Shown: positions 8,193-17,882, numbered from the stretch's first letter. The stretch is 64,000 nucleotides of DNA from Gemmatimonadaceae bacterium (GCA_051859245.1 JBHYGA010000006.1:64001-128000); one strand, 5' to 3'. Translations and numbers: made by a program. The notes: generated by a model from the sequence alone, not told the origin.

Positions 8193-10282
8193 CAGTGATT
8201 CTCCTGCCGGTTGTTGCGCCGGCCCTGCTGGTGATTGCTCTCCTGCTCGTCGCGCGCATCGCGGCCCGGCTGCTGCTTGGCCGCTGGACGATCCTTCGTG
8301 CCCGAGTCGTGCGTGTGCTGCTGGCCCATCTGCTGTCCGTGCGACGCACCCGCGGTCTTGAGCACTTCTGAACGGTCAGCCATTGCCTGACGCATGGCGT
8401 CTCCTTCGCTGCTGCGTGCAGTCTGCTGGACGCGCAGCGGTTCTGTTTCCAGGCCGTGTCGGCCGAGTGCGTCTTGCAGGTCAGCCGTTTGCATGCGCAA
8501 CCGATCGGCGAGCGCCGCATTGTTGGTGCTGATCTGCGCGCCAACCGCGCCACCGCGCAGGTTCACGCGAATCTCTTCAGCGCCCGTTGGCGTGTCGATC
8601 TTCATGGTCAGCGACGAAACCGACGGCGCCGGCGCGTCTTCACGCAATACAGCGATCGCTTCCGCACGTGCGGCGGCAGTACTGCCGGCCGGTGCCTGCA
8701 CACGCGGTGCGCCGGCGTCGAGTACACGATCAACGCTTGCGTTGAGCGCACCGATGGCACTACCCGCATCGGCTACACTTGCCGCGCGATCAAGTCCACG
8801 CGCGCGTTCGCCGCTATTGCCGCGCGACTCACGGTCTGATGCGCTGCTCGTGCCACCCTGACGGGCGCGCCCCTGCGATGCAATCTCCGAAATGCGCGCA
8901 CCAAATGTGGACGCGGTGTCAGACGGGCGTGCGTTGTCGAACAGCGGTACGTTCTCGGCGTCGGCGCGTAGCGATCCCGCGCGCACGCCATTCCCCGGTC
9001 GAGCTACCTGTGCGACTTGAGCTACCTGCGCCACGTGTGCCACACGCGCAACGGATGCGACCTGTGCGATGCCGCCCATATTGGCGACGCGTGTGCTCTG
9101 TTCACGAACGCCATCTCGCAGCGAGTCATCGCCATGCAAGCCGTTCGCTGATCCGCGCAACTCCAGATGTCCAGGATCGCGCATGCCGAGCGTCTTTACG
9201 CCTTCTTCCGCGGCAATCGCGTGCAGGCGCGCATACGCGACCGGATGATTCCACTTGCCATCAATGATGACGTCGGCGGCTTCACCTGACTCGTGCGCAC
9301 TGTTGGTTGTCCAGGTGACGATCGGTCCTGGAGCTGTGCGCCCCTGCGCATACAGATGTTCCTGACGCTCCCCGGAACGCACGGTCTCGACCACCTGCAC
9401 ATCGTGTCCGAACTCGTCGCGCATGCGATCGACAATCCGGTCAAGGCGCGCACGGAACTCCGGTGCCAGACCCTCAATATCACGAACCGGCGTTGCCACG
9501 TTCTCGGCTGATTTTGCGACGGCGTTGGCGAACTCTGGACGCGCGGTCTCCGCGATGACGCGGCCACGCGGCGTGCCGGCGACATCAAGCAAAGCGTCGA
9601 GCGCCGCACGGACATCGGCCGCGCGCTGATCATTGCGCGCCATCAACTCACCGCGTCCACGGCCAGCTGCCCGCTCAGCAAGGGCCAGCAGATCCGCGTT
9701 GGCCATTCCCGTATTGTTCAACTCGCCCTCGTTCTGTGCGCCAGCGAGGGCTGCGGCCAACTCGGCGGCGCGACCCTTGGCGAGTCCGTTCACACCGCGT
9801 GCTGACTCACGTTCTCCAATAGAGGCTGCGGACCGATTCTCGACATTGTTGGAAACCAGAATCGCCCGTGCGGCACGCATCGCGTCGGACTGCAGCGCTC
9901 GCGCCAGTGCGCGCTGATCCGCGTCGGGCATCGAGGACGGTGTCTCAGCTTCCGACGTTGGCTGCTCGGATTCGCTTTCGTTGTCTACGGTGAGGACCTG
10001 CACGTCCGCATCGCTCTCTTCAGCGTTCACGTCGAGCGAGAGCGTGTCTGGTGCGGCATTGGCCGGGGGCTTCGGCGCTGTTCCGCCGAGCAACGCGAGC
10101 AGCAGCGAGAAGTCAGGCGGTGTGTGTTCGCGGTCCGCCTTGTCCGTACGCGACGTTTCATCGGCGCCCTCATTGCGCGACGCTCGTTCAGCCGGTTGCG
10201 GCCGATCGGTGTGTCGGGCACGAATGACCGAGGGTCCGGCAGAAGTTGCCGAAACGTTTGATGTAAACGGCAACAAGCTCAC
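8192..10282 (-). CDS. fliK: Hook-length control protein FliK with an internal M15 family metallopeptidase domain
   Basis: Lies directly before flgD. Low-complexity N-terminus; C-terminal Flg_hook-like domain (LTMKIDTPTGAEEIRVNLRGGAVGAQI...LQDALGRHGL) and Gln-rich tail. Central RSGERQEHLYAQGRTAPG...SAHESGEAAD...DPGHLE is M15-like. Confidence 0.85.
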   Translation of the reverse strand: MSLLPFTSNVSATSAGPSVIRARHTDRPQPAERASRNEGADETSRTDKADREHTPPDFSLLLALLGGTAPKPPANAAPDTLSLDVNAEESDADVQVLTVDNESESEQPTSEAETPSSMPDADQRALARALQSDAMRAARAILVSNNVENRSAASIGERESARGVNGLAKGRAAELAAALAGAQNEGELNNTGMANADLLALAERAAGRGRGELMARNDQRAADVRAALDALLDVAGTPRGRVIAETARPEFANAVAKSAENVATPVRDIEGLAPEFRARLDRIVDRMRDEFGHDVQVVETVRSGERQEHLYAQGRTAPGPIVTWTTNSAHESGEAADVIIDGKWNHPVAYARLHAIAAEEGVKTLGMRDPGHLELRGSANGLHGDDSLRDGVREQSTRVANMGGIAQVASVARVAHVAQVAQVAQVARPGNGVRAGSLRADAENVPLFDNARPSDTASTFGARISEIASQGRARQGGTSSASDRESRGNSGERARGLDRAASVADAGSAIGALNASVDRVLDAGAPRVQAPAGSTAAARAEAIAVLREDAPAPSVSSLTMKIDTPTGAEEIRVNLRGGAVGAQISTNNAALADRLRMQTADLQDALGRHGLETEPLRVQQTARSSEGDAMRQAMADRSEVLKTAGASHGQQMGQQHTHDSGTKDRPAAKQQPGRDARDEQESNHQQGRRNNRQENH

Positions 10283-10902
10283 GGTGTGGTGCTCGCTGGT
10301 GTTGTGGTTGCGGCCTTCGTAAGCGAAGCCGCGCGGGACGCGGGGAGCGCGGTCAACACGGCCGCTGCCTGGCGATCTCCCATCATGGAAAGAATCGTGC
10401 GGATGTCTTTGTCCGACATTTGCTCCAATACCTTGGCTGCATCTTTGGATGACATCGCGCTGAAAATCTTGGCGAGTCGACGTTCCGGCAGCACTTCGGC
10501 CACGGGCACCGCGGGTGCAGTTGCAGCCGGTGTGCCCTTCGCAGACGCGGTGACTTCCGGTGTCAGTGTTGCAGCGGGCGCGAGAGGTGGTGACACCGAA
10601 GGCGTGACGCCGGCCGTCTGCTGATTTCGCTCTGACACGAGCGCACGAATCGAATCTGCTGGAGTACTGAGTGCGTTGAGTGCAGAGTCGGCGCTCGCAC
10701 TATCGGCCTGCGCTTGCAGCGCGGCCTCTGCGAGTGCGGCGCTATCGGCCATGATGCTATCCATCCGGACCTTCGCGATCGAATCCTGCACCACAACATG
10801 CGCCGCGTACGTCGTACGCGAATGCATGACGGAGTAGCCAGCACTTCCGGCCAATCCGACCACGATCGCGAGTATAGCGGGGAGAATAGCGGTCTTGAGC
10901 AT
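10279..10902 (-). CDS. MotE/FlbB/YlxF-like flagellar protein (MgtE N-terminal-like domain)
   Basis: N-terminal TM helix; RLAKIFSAMSSKDAAKVLEQMSD...ILSMMGDRQAAAVLTALP; between fliJ and fliK. Confidence 0.8.
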   Translation of the reverse strand: MLKTAILPAILAIVVGLAGSAGYSVMHSRTTYAAHVVVQDSIAKVRMDSIMADSAALAEAALQAQADSASADSALNALSTPADSIRALVSERNQQTAGVTPSVSPPLAPAATLTPEVTASAKGTPAATAPAVPVAEVLPERRLAKIFSAMSSKDAAKVLEQMSDKDIRTILSMMGDRQAAAVLTALPASRAASLTKAATTTPASTTP

Positions 10903-10913
10903 CAGGATGCGAC

Positions 10914-11450
10914 TCAGATGACCGGCGAAGCCGGCGGTGTAAGTGAGCGGTCGATGGCGAGCGGTTCGGACGAATCAGCGGGGGCATTCATGTCAGTGCT
11001 TCTACGCATGGATCGTGCCTGCGTGAATCGCGAGAGCGCGATTTCATCCATGTGCATTCGGTCGCGCTGTTGCTCGGCGTCAAACCAGCGTTCGGAATGC
11101 CGCTCCTTCAGGCGTCCGATCACGCGCCGATCCCGCGACGCGAGATGCAAGGCGGCTTGTGCTTCCGCAACCACGCGCTCGGCTTCCTGTACGTCATCCG
11201 AGGCACGGGCGAGGCGGTCATCGAGCTGGCCGATAATGAACGACAAATGATGCAGTTCTCCGGCCGTGATGACACCGCGTGCCGCGGCCTGCAACGTTTC
11301 ACGCTGCAGCTCACGAAGCGAGTGCATGGCCGCCTGCTGCCGCTTGCATTCGTTGGCCTGATCCGTTGCAGACGCGAGCGTGCGTGCACGGGCTTGCTCG
11401 GATTCTTCACGCAACTCAAGCACACGCTGCAATCGAAAGCGAAAACTCAT
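10914..11450 (-). CDS. fliJ: Flagellar export protein FliJ
   Basis: MSFRFRLQRVLELRE start, coiled coil, EQQRDRMHMDEIA; follows fliI. Confidence 0.92.
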   Translation of the reverse strand: MSFRFRLQRVLELREESEQARARTLASATDQANECKRQQAAMHSLRELQRETLQAAARGVITAGELHHLSFIIGQLDDRLARASDDVQEAERVVAEAQAALHLASRDRRVIGRLKERHSERWFDAEQQRDRMHMDEIALSRFTQARSMRRSTDMNAPADSSEPLAIDRSLTPPASPVI

Positions 11451-12799
11451 GACGGTCTCCGCGTGGCATTGGCAATGGTGCCACCAAGCTGGGTCAGCGC
11501 CGCATACGTGTCGCCATACAGCGTGACGTCATCCGGTGCCTGGCGGAGAAAGCCAAGGGTTGCGTCCCGGTGCGCGATGGCCGCATCGGCGTACGGATCA
11601 CTTCCGCGCTGATAGGCGCCCACCATGATCAGGTCTTCCTTTTCGCGATATGCGGCTTCGAGGCGTTGCACTTCGCCGGCCGCTTCACGCTGCGCCGGCG
11701 AAATGATCGCGTCGCGCACTCGGCTCTTGGATTCCAGAATATCGATAGACGGGTAGTGATTCTGCGCCGCGAGTTTTCGCGTGAGTACGATGTGTCCATC
11801 GAGAATGGAGCGCGTGGCGTCGGCGACTGGTTCGTTGAAGTCGTCGCCATCCACAAGCACGGTGTAGATGCCGGTAATGCCACCGCGCGTGCCATTGCCT
11901 GCCCGCTCAAGCAAGCGCGGCAGATTGGCAAACACGCTGGGCGGATAACCCTTTGTTGTTGGCGGCTCACCCGTGGCCAGTCCGATTTCGCGCCAGGCCA
12001 TCGCTACGCGTGTCACGGAGTCGACCATCAGCAGCACCTGCTTACCCTGGTCACGAAAGTATTCCGCAATCGCGGTGGCAACGAGCGCACCACGCGCACG
12101 CACCAGCGCGGCCTGATCACCAGTGGCCACAATCACCACACTGCGCGCGAGTCCCTCTTCACCAAGTGAGTTGTCGAGAAACTCGCGTACTTCACGGCCG
12201 CGCTCACCAAGCAGCGCGATCACGTTGACATCCGCGCGTGCGTGACGCGCGATCATGCCAAGCATGGTGCTCTTGCCAACGCCGGAGCCGGCAAAAATTC
12301 CAACGCGCTGTCCGCGTCCAATCGTGAGCAGTCCATCAATCGCGCGCACACCCGTTTCGAGCGGACGATCGATTGTCTGGCGCTCCAACGGATTCGGCGG
12401 TTCAGCGGAAAGTGGTACACGATCCACTACATCAAGCTTGCCTTTGCCATCAATGGGATGACCCAGTCCGTTGAGCACGCGTCCGAGCAGTCCTGGACCG
12501 ACGTCCACGCCAAAGGAGCGGCCAAGCGGCTGCACAATGCTGCCCTGATGCAGTCCATCCATTTCGCCCAGCGGCATGAGCAACACGCCGCTCTCATGAA
12601 ACCCAACAACTTCCGCAAGCACCGAACGATCACGCGAGTGGCTGGTGACGCGACAGAGCGCACCCAAACCGGCCTCAAGGCCCGTGGCTTCAAGCACGAG
12701 TCCGACAACGCGCGTCACACGACCGTACGTGGCGAAGCGATCTACATCGGTAAGGCGCGACGCAAACGTATCTGCGGCGTGATGCAGTGCGGCGCTCAT
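11447..12799 (-). CDS. fliI: Flagellar export ATPase FliI
   Basis: GQRVGIFAGSGVGKST Walker A, GERGRE, DSVTR, GEPPTTKGYPPS. Confidence 0.97.
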   Translation of the reverse strand: MSAALHHAADTFASRLTDVDRFATYGRVTRVVGLVLEATGLEAGLGALCRVTSHSRDRSVLAEVVGFHESGVLLMPLGEMDGLHQGSIVQPLGRSFGVDVGPGLLGRVLNGLGHPIDGKGKLDVVDRVPLSAEPPNPLERQTIDRPLETGVRAIDGLLTIGRGQRVGIFAGSGVGKSTMLGMIARHARADVNVIALLGERGREVREFLDNSLGEEGLARSVVIVATGDQAALVRARGALVATAIAEYFRDQGKQVLLMVDSVTRVAMAWREIGLATGEPPTTKGYPPSVFANLPRLLERAGNGTRGGITGIYTVLVDGDDFNEPVADATRSILDGHIVLTRKLAAQNHYPSIDILESKSRVRDAIISPAQREAAGEVQRLEAAYREKEDLIMVGAYQRGSDPYADAAIAHRDATLGFLRQAPDDVTLYGDTYAALTQLGGTIANATRRPS

Positions 12800-13494
12800 G
12801 ACTGCACCTGTCCGAGCGCGCGGTAGGCCCGCTCCAGCGCGGTATCAATGCGACCGTCAAGCACACGTTCGCGTCCGTCCACGAGGCAACCGCCACGCAC
12901 AATGTGCGGATCGGCAAACCAGTGAATGGCGCGCTTCTCCGTTCCGACCAGTGCGTGCTGCGAAATGACCTCCTGCACAATGGCAAGATCGTCGGGGTGC
13001 AGTCGCACGGTGATCTGTCGCTCCATGGGGAACTGCTGCAACGAGCGCGTAACCAGATCGGTCACGACAGATGGTTCCATGGTGAGTTCGCGCTGAATCA
13101 GATGGCGGGCGATCGAGACGGCGCTTGCGGCAAGATTCTCCTCGATGTTGCCAAGCCAGCGCTGTTCGTGCGCCTGCACCAGCGACGTTGCGTCGATGAG
13201 CGCCTGCAGCACGCGCGATATCTGATCCGCGGCAGCGGTGTGCGATTCTTCAACGCCAGCGGCGTGACCACGCGCGTAGGCGTCCTTCTCGATGCGGGCC
13301 TTCATTTCTGCAACGCGCGCCGCAACTGCCGCCTCGAACGCCGCGTTGTCGAGACGCGGCTCCGGATCGGACTGCTCGGCGTGTTCGCCAATCGGCGTGG
13401 ACATGTCGATGGGCATGAACACATCTGGCACCTCGAGTTCGTCGAGGTACCACGCGGACGCGTTGTACGGCGAGAATCCGTCAGACAATGACAT
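12796..13494 (-). CDS. fliH: Flagellar assembly protein FliH
   Basis: Start reassigned to ATG 13494 (MSLSDGFSPY); AYARGHAAGVEE, VRLHPDD and RGGCLV motifs. Confidence 0.9.
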   Translation of the reverse strand: MSLSDGFSPYNASAWYLDELEVPDVFMPIDMSTPIGEHAEQSDPEPRLDNAAFEAAVAARVAEMKARIEKDAYARGHAAGVEESHTAAADQISRVLQALIDATSLVQAHEQRWLGNIEENLAASAVSIARHLIQRELTMEPSVVTDLVTRSLQQFPMERQITVRLHPDDLAIVQEVISQHALVGTEKRAIHWFADPHIVRGGCLVDGRERVLDGRIDTALERAYRALGQVQS

Positions 13495-14527
13495 CTTCTG
13501 ACCCCGCCGAGAGTACGATCTCGCCCGTTTCCTCGAGCGCCCGGACCTTCGCCACAATGTCGGCCTGCGAGGCTTCCACGTCGCGCATCTTGACCGGTCC
13601 CAGGAACTCGATCTCCTCCTTGAGGCCTGCAACCGCACGCTGCGACATGACACCCATGATGCGCTGCTTGAGCTCGGGACTTGCCGCCTTGAGGGCGAGC
13701 GCCAGCTGCTTGACGTCGATTTCGCGCAGCAACCGCTGCAGCGACTTGTCGTCGAGCGCACTGAGATCTTCGAACACAAACATGAGATTCTTGATCTGAT
13801 CGCTGAGTCCAGGATCGCGATCGGAGACGGCCTCGAGCACTTCCTTTTCGAGGGACGTACTGACCAGGTTGAGCACCGCAGCAACGGCCGCCGGTCCACC
13901 AACACTGCTCATGCCCTGCGTGAATGCGAGTTCCGCCTCGCTGCCGATGGCCCGCTCAACGAGCGAGATCATTTCCGGTGCGACTTTTTCCATGCGAGCA
14001 ATTCGATACATCACTTCGCCGCCGAGCGCCGTGTCAAGTTCGCGCAGAATCTGGGCAACATGCGCGGGATCAAGGTGGGCGAGAATGAGTGCGATTGTTT
14101 GCGGATGTTCACCACGCAGCGTGCTACCAAGCTGCTGCGGATCGGCGCGACGCAGACGACCGAACCGATCGCTGTCGGCGAGCTGGCCCTGAATGCGCTT
14201 GAGAATCTGCATGGCTTTGGCTGAGCCAAAGGCTTCTTCCAGCACTTCGCGCGCAAACTCAACGCCACCGGTGGAGAGCGAATCAACGCCGACGGTAAGT
14301 TCAAGCCACTCCGACAACACCATGGAGATGGTCTCGGACGGCACGCGGTCGAGCGTGGCCATTTCGAGCGCCACGATTTCCGCTTCTTCAGGATGCAGTT
14401 GTCCCGTGACTTTGGCCGCGTGCTTCGCGCCGAGCGCCATGCACACGATGGCAACTTTCTGCCGCCCGGTCAGGCGATCAGCGGAATACTTATCACCGCC
14501 GCGCGTGGGAACGATCGCTGTTGCCAT
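13481..14527 (-). CDS. fliG: Flagellar motor switch protein FliG
   Basis: GGVEFAREVL, EHPQTIALIL, MFVFEDL and MSQRA motifs. Confidence 0.97.
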   Translation of the reverse strand: MATAIVPTRGGDKYSADRLTGRQKVAIVCMALGAKHAAKVTGQLHPEEAEIVALEMATLDRVPSETISMVLSEWLELTVGVDSLSTGGVEFAREVLEEAFGSAKAMQILKRIQGQLADSDRFGRLRRADPQQLGSTLRGEHPQTIALILAHLDPAHVAQILRELDTALGGEVMYRIARMEKVAPEMISLVERAIGSEAELAFTQGMSSVGGPAAVAAVLNLVSTSLEKEVLEAVSDRDPGLSDQIKNLMFVFEDLSALDDKSLQRLLREIDVKQLALALKAASPELKQRIMGVMSQRAVAGLKEEIEFLGPVKMRDVEASQADIVAKVRALEETGEIVLSAGSEDVIV

Positions 14528-14529
14528 GA

Positions 14530-16086
14530 TCAGTTCCGCAGCCAGGTGCGCATGACACGAACGGCCGCATCAGGACGCTGTTCAACAGTCGCGATGGCCT
14601 GCTCGCGTTCCGGCGTGGTCGCAGGTGGCGGCAACACCACGGGCTTCTTCACGGCGAGTGCAAGGTCGGCGTCCATGTCCGGCTCGGGTTCGCGAAGCTG
14701 TCCGCTACTCAGCGCCGGCTGGTTCGACGGTGCCGCGGCCATCAACACCGGCGCTGGCGCGGGTGCGGGCTTCAACGCACGTACCGACACCATGGCGATG
14801 ATCAACAGCACGACCAGCGACGCGATCGCCACCACCGGCTTGGGGTTGTCGAGCACGCGTGACACCATGGTGGGCGTCGGCACGGAATCCGCGACGGTCT
14901 GCTCAATCACCGGCATGTCAAACGGTGCGCTGATCACCGATAGTCCGTCACCACGCGCGGTATCAATACCGAGTGCGTTGCGGACGAGCGCTTCGATGCG
15001 TGTGAGTTCTTCGGCGCTGCGCGGCGTGACCACCGGCGGTGTGGTGGAGGCACCGTCTGCATCAGGCGTGATCGTGACTTTGTCCGCGACCAATACGGCC
15101 ACGGTCATTTTTTTCACGTCGCCGACTGCACCGGTGAACGACTCCACGCTGCGCGTGGTCTCAAAGGTGGTGGCGACATTGGTTGACGCCGCGCCCGCCT
15201 GACCTGCTTGCGGTGTGATCTCGGACTTGTGTTCAACGCTGACCACTTGCTGGTCCGGATTCACGGCCTGCGTGGTGCGCTCGATCTTGTCAAAGTTGAT
15301 CGTCGCTGCGACTTGCACGCGTGCGTTGCCCGCACCCACAATCTGCGACAGCAACGCTTCCGCCTTGTCTTCGAGATACTTCTCCACGTCGCGCTGCATC
15401 GTGACCTGACGACTCGACAGACCAACACCTGAGGCATCGTCGAGCGTGGTGAGCGCGTTGCCGCGTTCATCGATAATCACCACATGATCGGCTTCGAGCC
15501 CGCCCACGGAGCCAGCCACGAGGCTGGCAATTCCGCGCACCGTTTCCGGACTTGGCGTGTCTCCGCCCGTCATCGCGAGCGTGACCGACGCTTTTGACTG
15601 ACGCGCGTCCTTCTTGAAAATCTTGTCGTCTTCGAGCGCGAGGTGCACCTGCACGCGCTCCACATTGCGCATGGTGCCGATGTTGCGCTCAAGTTCACCT
15701 TCAAGCGCACGACGGTAATTCACTTTTTGTGTGAAGTCCGTCATGCCCCACGTGGGCTTGTCAAAGAGTTCGAGTCCGGGACGACCGCCGCCAGGCAGCG
15801 CCTCGCGCGCCAACGCCACGCGTGCGGTTGCGACCTTGGAAGCCTCCACCATGACGGTGCCACCGGCATTCTCGAGCTTGAATGCGATGCCAGCCTCGGT
15901 GAGTTTATCCGTAATCACACCGACAGACTCAATCGGCACATCGGCATACAGCGGCACATACGTGGGCTGTGTTGCCCAGCGCGACAGGCCAAACACCAAC
16001 GCCGTCGCAACCACGCCGACGGCAATGATGGCCATCTGGCGATTGCCTTCAACACGTCCAAACACTGAGGGAAGCAGGGAAGCCAT
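14530..16086 (-). CDS. fliF: Flagellar MS-ring protein FliF
   Basis: GLELFDKPTWGMTDFTQKVNYRRALEGELERNI; ASVTL; two TM segments. Confidence 0.96.
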   Translation of the reverse strand: MASLLPSVFGRVEGNRQMAIIAVGVVATALVFGLSRWATQPTYVPLYADVPIESVGVITDKLTEAGIAFKLENAGGTVMVEASKVATARVALAREALPGGGRPGLELFDKPTWGMTDFTQKVNYRRALEGELERNIGTMRNVERVQVHLALEDDKIFKKDARQSKASVTLAMTGGDTPSPETVRGIASLVAGSVGGLEADHVVIIDERGNALTTLDDASGVGLSSRQVTMQRDVEKYLEDKAEALLSQIVGAGNARVQVAATINFDKIERTTQAVNPDQQVVSVEHKSEITPQAGQAGAASTNVATTFETTRSVESFTGAVGDVKKMTVAVLVADKVTITPDADGASTTPPVVTPRSAEELTRIEALVRNALGIDTARGDGLSVISAPFDMPVIEQTVADSVPTPTMVSRVLDNPKPVVAIASLVVLLIIAMVSVRALKPAPAPAPVLMAAAPSNQPALSSGQLREPEPDMDADLALAVKKPVVLPPPATTPEREQAIATVEQRPDAAVRVMRTWLRN

Positions 16087-16095
16087 ACGGATTGT

Positions 16096-16422
16096 TTACG
16101 ACTGCATGTTGATGAGCGTGCGATAACTCTCGACCAGCTTGTTGCGCATTTCGATCAGCATGTCGAGCGCAATGCCCGACTCTTCCTGCGCGGCCATCAC
16201 CTGATGCAGCTCGACATCTTCACCGGCCACAAACCGGCGCGTCATATCGCCAGCGTGATTTCGCACTTCGCTGATGTTGTTGAGCACGCTGGAGAGAGTG
16301 TCGCCAAACGACGGCCCGTCTTCATCCATGCCCGGCAGCGACAACGGACGAGCGCCCGTGTCGAGTCCTGGCTGCTGAAACTCGGGCAGACTGCGTGTGA
16401 TGAGATCAATGCGTGATGACAT
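16096..16422 (-). CDS. fliE: Hook-basal body protein FliE
   Basis: Start ATG 16422; SFGDTL...ELHQVMAAQEE...EMRNKLVESYRTLINMQS. Confidence 0.93.
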   Translation of the reverse strand: MSSRIDLITRSLPEFQQPGLDTGARPLSLPGMDEDGPSFGDTLSSVLNNISEVRNHAGDMTRRFVAGEDVELHQVMAAQEESGIALDMLIEMRNKLVESYRTLINMQS

Positions 16423-16432
16423 GGCGTATTCC

Positions 16433-16798
16433 TCAGGCGCGGACGTCGAGACGACCACCGCGCATGGCGGGCGGCGTTGGCATCGTGGCGTTCTTGATCT
16501 TGCCGTACGTGAGCGGGCCGAGTGACGCGGACTTCGAGAAGAAGGCGCGCTCTTCCGTGGTGAGCACATTCCACAGCGCGGGATCCGTTCCTGCGGGGGC
16601 TTCAGCGGGAACCGATGTGGGCTGCGATGCAATCGTCGGGCGCGCGGTCACCGCGGCGCGCTCGGTTATACCAGCGCGCTCCGTTGCCGGACGAGCGGCC
16701 GGTGCGTTGCCATTCTGAACACCCTGAGTGCCGTTCGAACGAACCAGCGGACCGAGTGAGTTCAGCAGCGGATTGTTGTTGATGCCGTTGATGCTCAT
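16433..16798 (-). CDS. Hypothetical protein inside the flagellar operon
   Basis: 121-aa ORF fills the flgC-fliE gap on the operon strand; core ALWNVLTTEERAFF; ends GGRLDVRA. Confidence 0.8.
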   Translation of the reverse strand: MSINGINNNPLLNSLGPLVRSNGTQGVQNGNAPAARPATERAGITERAAVTARPTIASQPTSVPAEAPAGTDPALWNVLTTEERAFFSKSASLGPLTYGKIKNATMPTPPAMRGGRLDVRA

Positions 16799-16836
16799 GA
16801 CAGGCGAACCGAAAGAGAGAGGCGATGCATGGTGAA

Positions 16837-17427
16837 TCAGATGTCGAGCGCGGCGCGCAACATGGATTTCGTGGTCTGAAACACCGTCGCGTTGGCTTCA
16901 TACAAGCGCTTCGCGTCGAGCAGATTCACGAGTTCCTGTGTGGGATCGATGTCGGGATACCGCACGTAGCCGTTGGTGTCGGCGTCCGGATGACCGGGTT
17001 CGTACACGAGCTTTCCGGCGTCTGCCGGTCCCATTTCCGTTCCGGCAACTCGCACGCCATGCAGGCCGTCGTCCGGTGGATTCATGGGAATCGGAATCGC
17101 GCGATTCACATCGCCAATGGCCGGCAGCTGAAACGGCTGCGCACCGAACGGTCCGCTGGCCGTGGGCAGCGTTCCGTTGATCGCCGGCTGGTTGCCATTG
17201 CGCGTGTTCTCGCGCGTGGCGGTTTCAATGACTGTCGTGCGACGACGGTACGGTCCGCCTTCCGCCGTACGCGTCACGTCAGCGTTTGCAATGTTCTGGG
17301 CGATCGTTTCCATGCGCGCGCGCTGCGCTGACAACCCGCTCGCCGAAATGCTCAGCGAGCGAAAGTGTGGGCGAGGCGGCTGTACTCCGGCCGCAGGCAA
17401 CAGACCGAGACGACGTGGGTCAGTCAT
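16837..17427 (-). CDS. flgC: Basal-body rod protein FlgC
   Basis: ISASGLSAQRARMETIAQNIANAD...GGPYRRR; YEPGHPDADTNGYVRYPD; YEAN. Confidence 0.96.
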   Translation of the reverse strand: MTDPRRLGLLPAAGVQPPRPHFRSLSISASGLSAQRARMETIAQNIANADVTRTAEGGPYRRRTTVIETATRENTRNGNQPAINGTLPTASGPFGAQPFQLPAIGDVNRAIPIPMNPPDDGLHGVRVAGTEMGPADAGKLVYEPGHPDADTNGYVRYPDIDPTQELVNLLDAKRLYEANATVFQTTKSMLRAALDI

Positions 17428-17723
17428 CAGGTGCCCTTGATCGCGGTGCGAATGCTCTGGTACGTGCGCTCGAGCAGCTTGGCGGTAGTCAGAAACCGCA
17501 GCTGCTCATCCGCCAGGTCCATCATTTCCTGCTCGACGTCTACCGGATTGGCTTCGGCCAGTTCGGCGTCGCCCTCACCGGCCTTGAGCGCAAACCCGTC
17601 GCTATTGCCAAGTGAGGCTTTGGCCACGCGGTCGCTGATCGCACGCGACCGGGCAACACTCTGGTCGAGTGCCCCTCGCAGCGGCGACGCATTGGAAACG
17701 CGATCAATAAATCCGAAGAGCAT
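17427..17723 (-). CDS. flgB: Basal-body rod protein FlgB (short, divergent)
   Basis: ATG 17723; C-terminal NPVDVEQEMMDLADEQLRF...IRTAIKG; first gene before flgC. Confidence 0.82.
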   Translation of the reverse strand: MLFGFIDRVSNASPLRGALDQSVARSRAISDRVAKASLGNSDGFALKAGEGDAELAEANPVDVEQEMMDLADEQLRFLTTAKLLERTYQSIRTAIKGT

Positions 17724-17767
17724 TTGTGTAGCCTCGTGGAACGGCGTGAGTGTCCACGAGTTACAAA

Positions 17768-17783
17768 AGCAATGCTTGGGCCA
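17768..17783 (-). promoter_or_regulatory. sigma54 promoter for the flgB operon
   Basis: Minus strand reads TGGCCCAAGCATTGCT (GG-N10-GC), 45 bp upstream of flgB. Confidence 0.8.
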
Positions 17784-17882
17784 CAAATCTGACGGGTCTG
17801 ATTCAGACTGTGCAGAAGTAGTCTAAGTGCTTGTATTTAAAGGTTTTTGACCTTCCATATCAGCCCGGACATGTGGTTCGAA

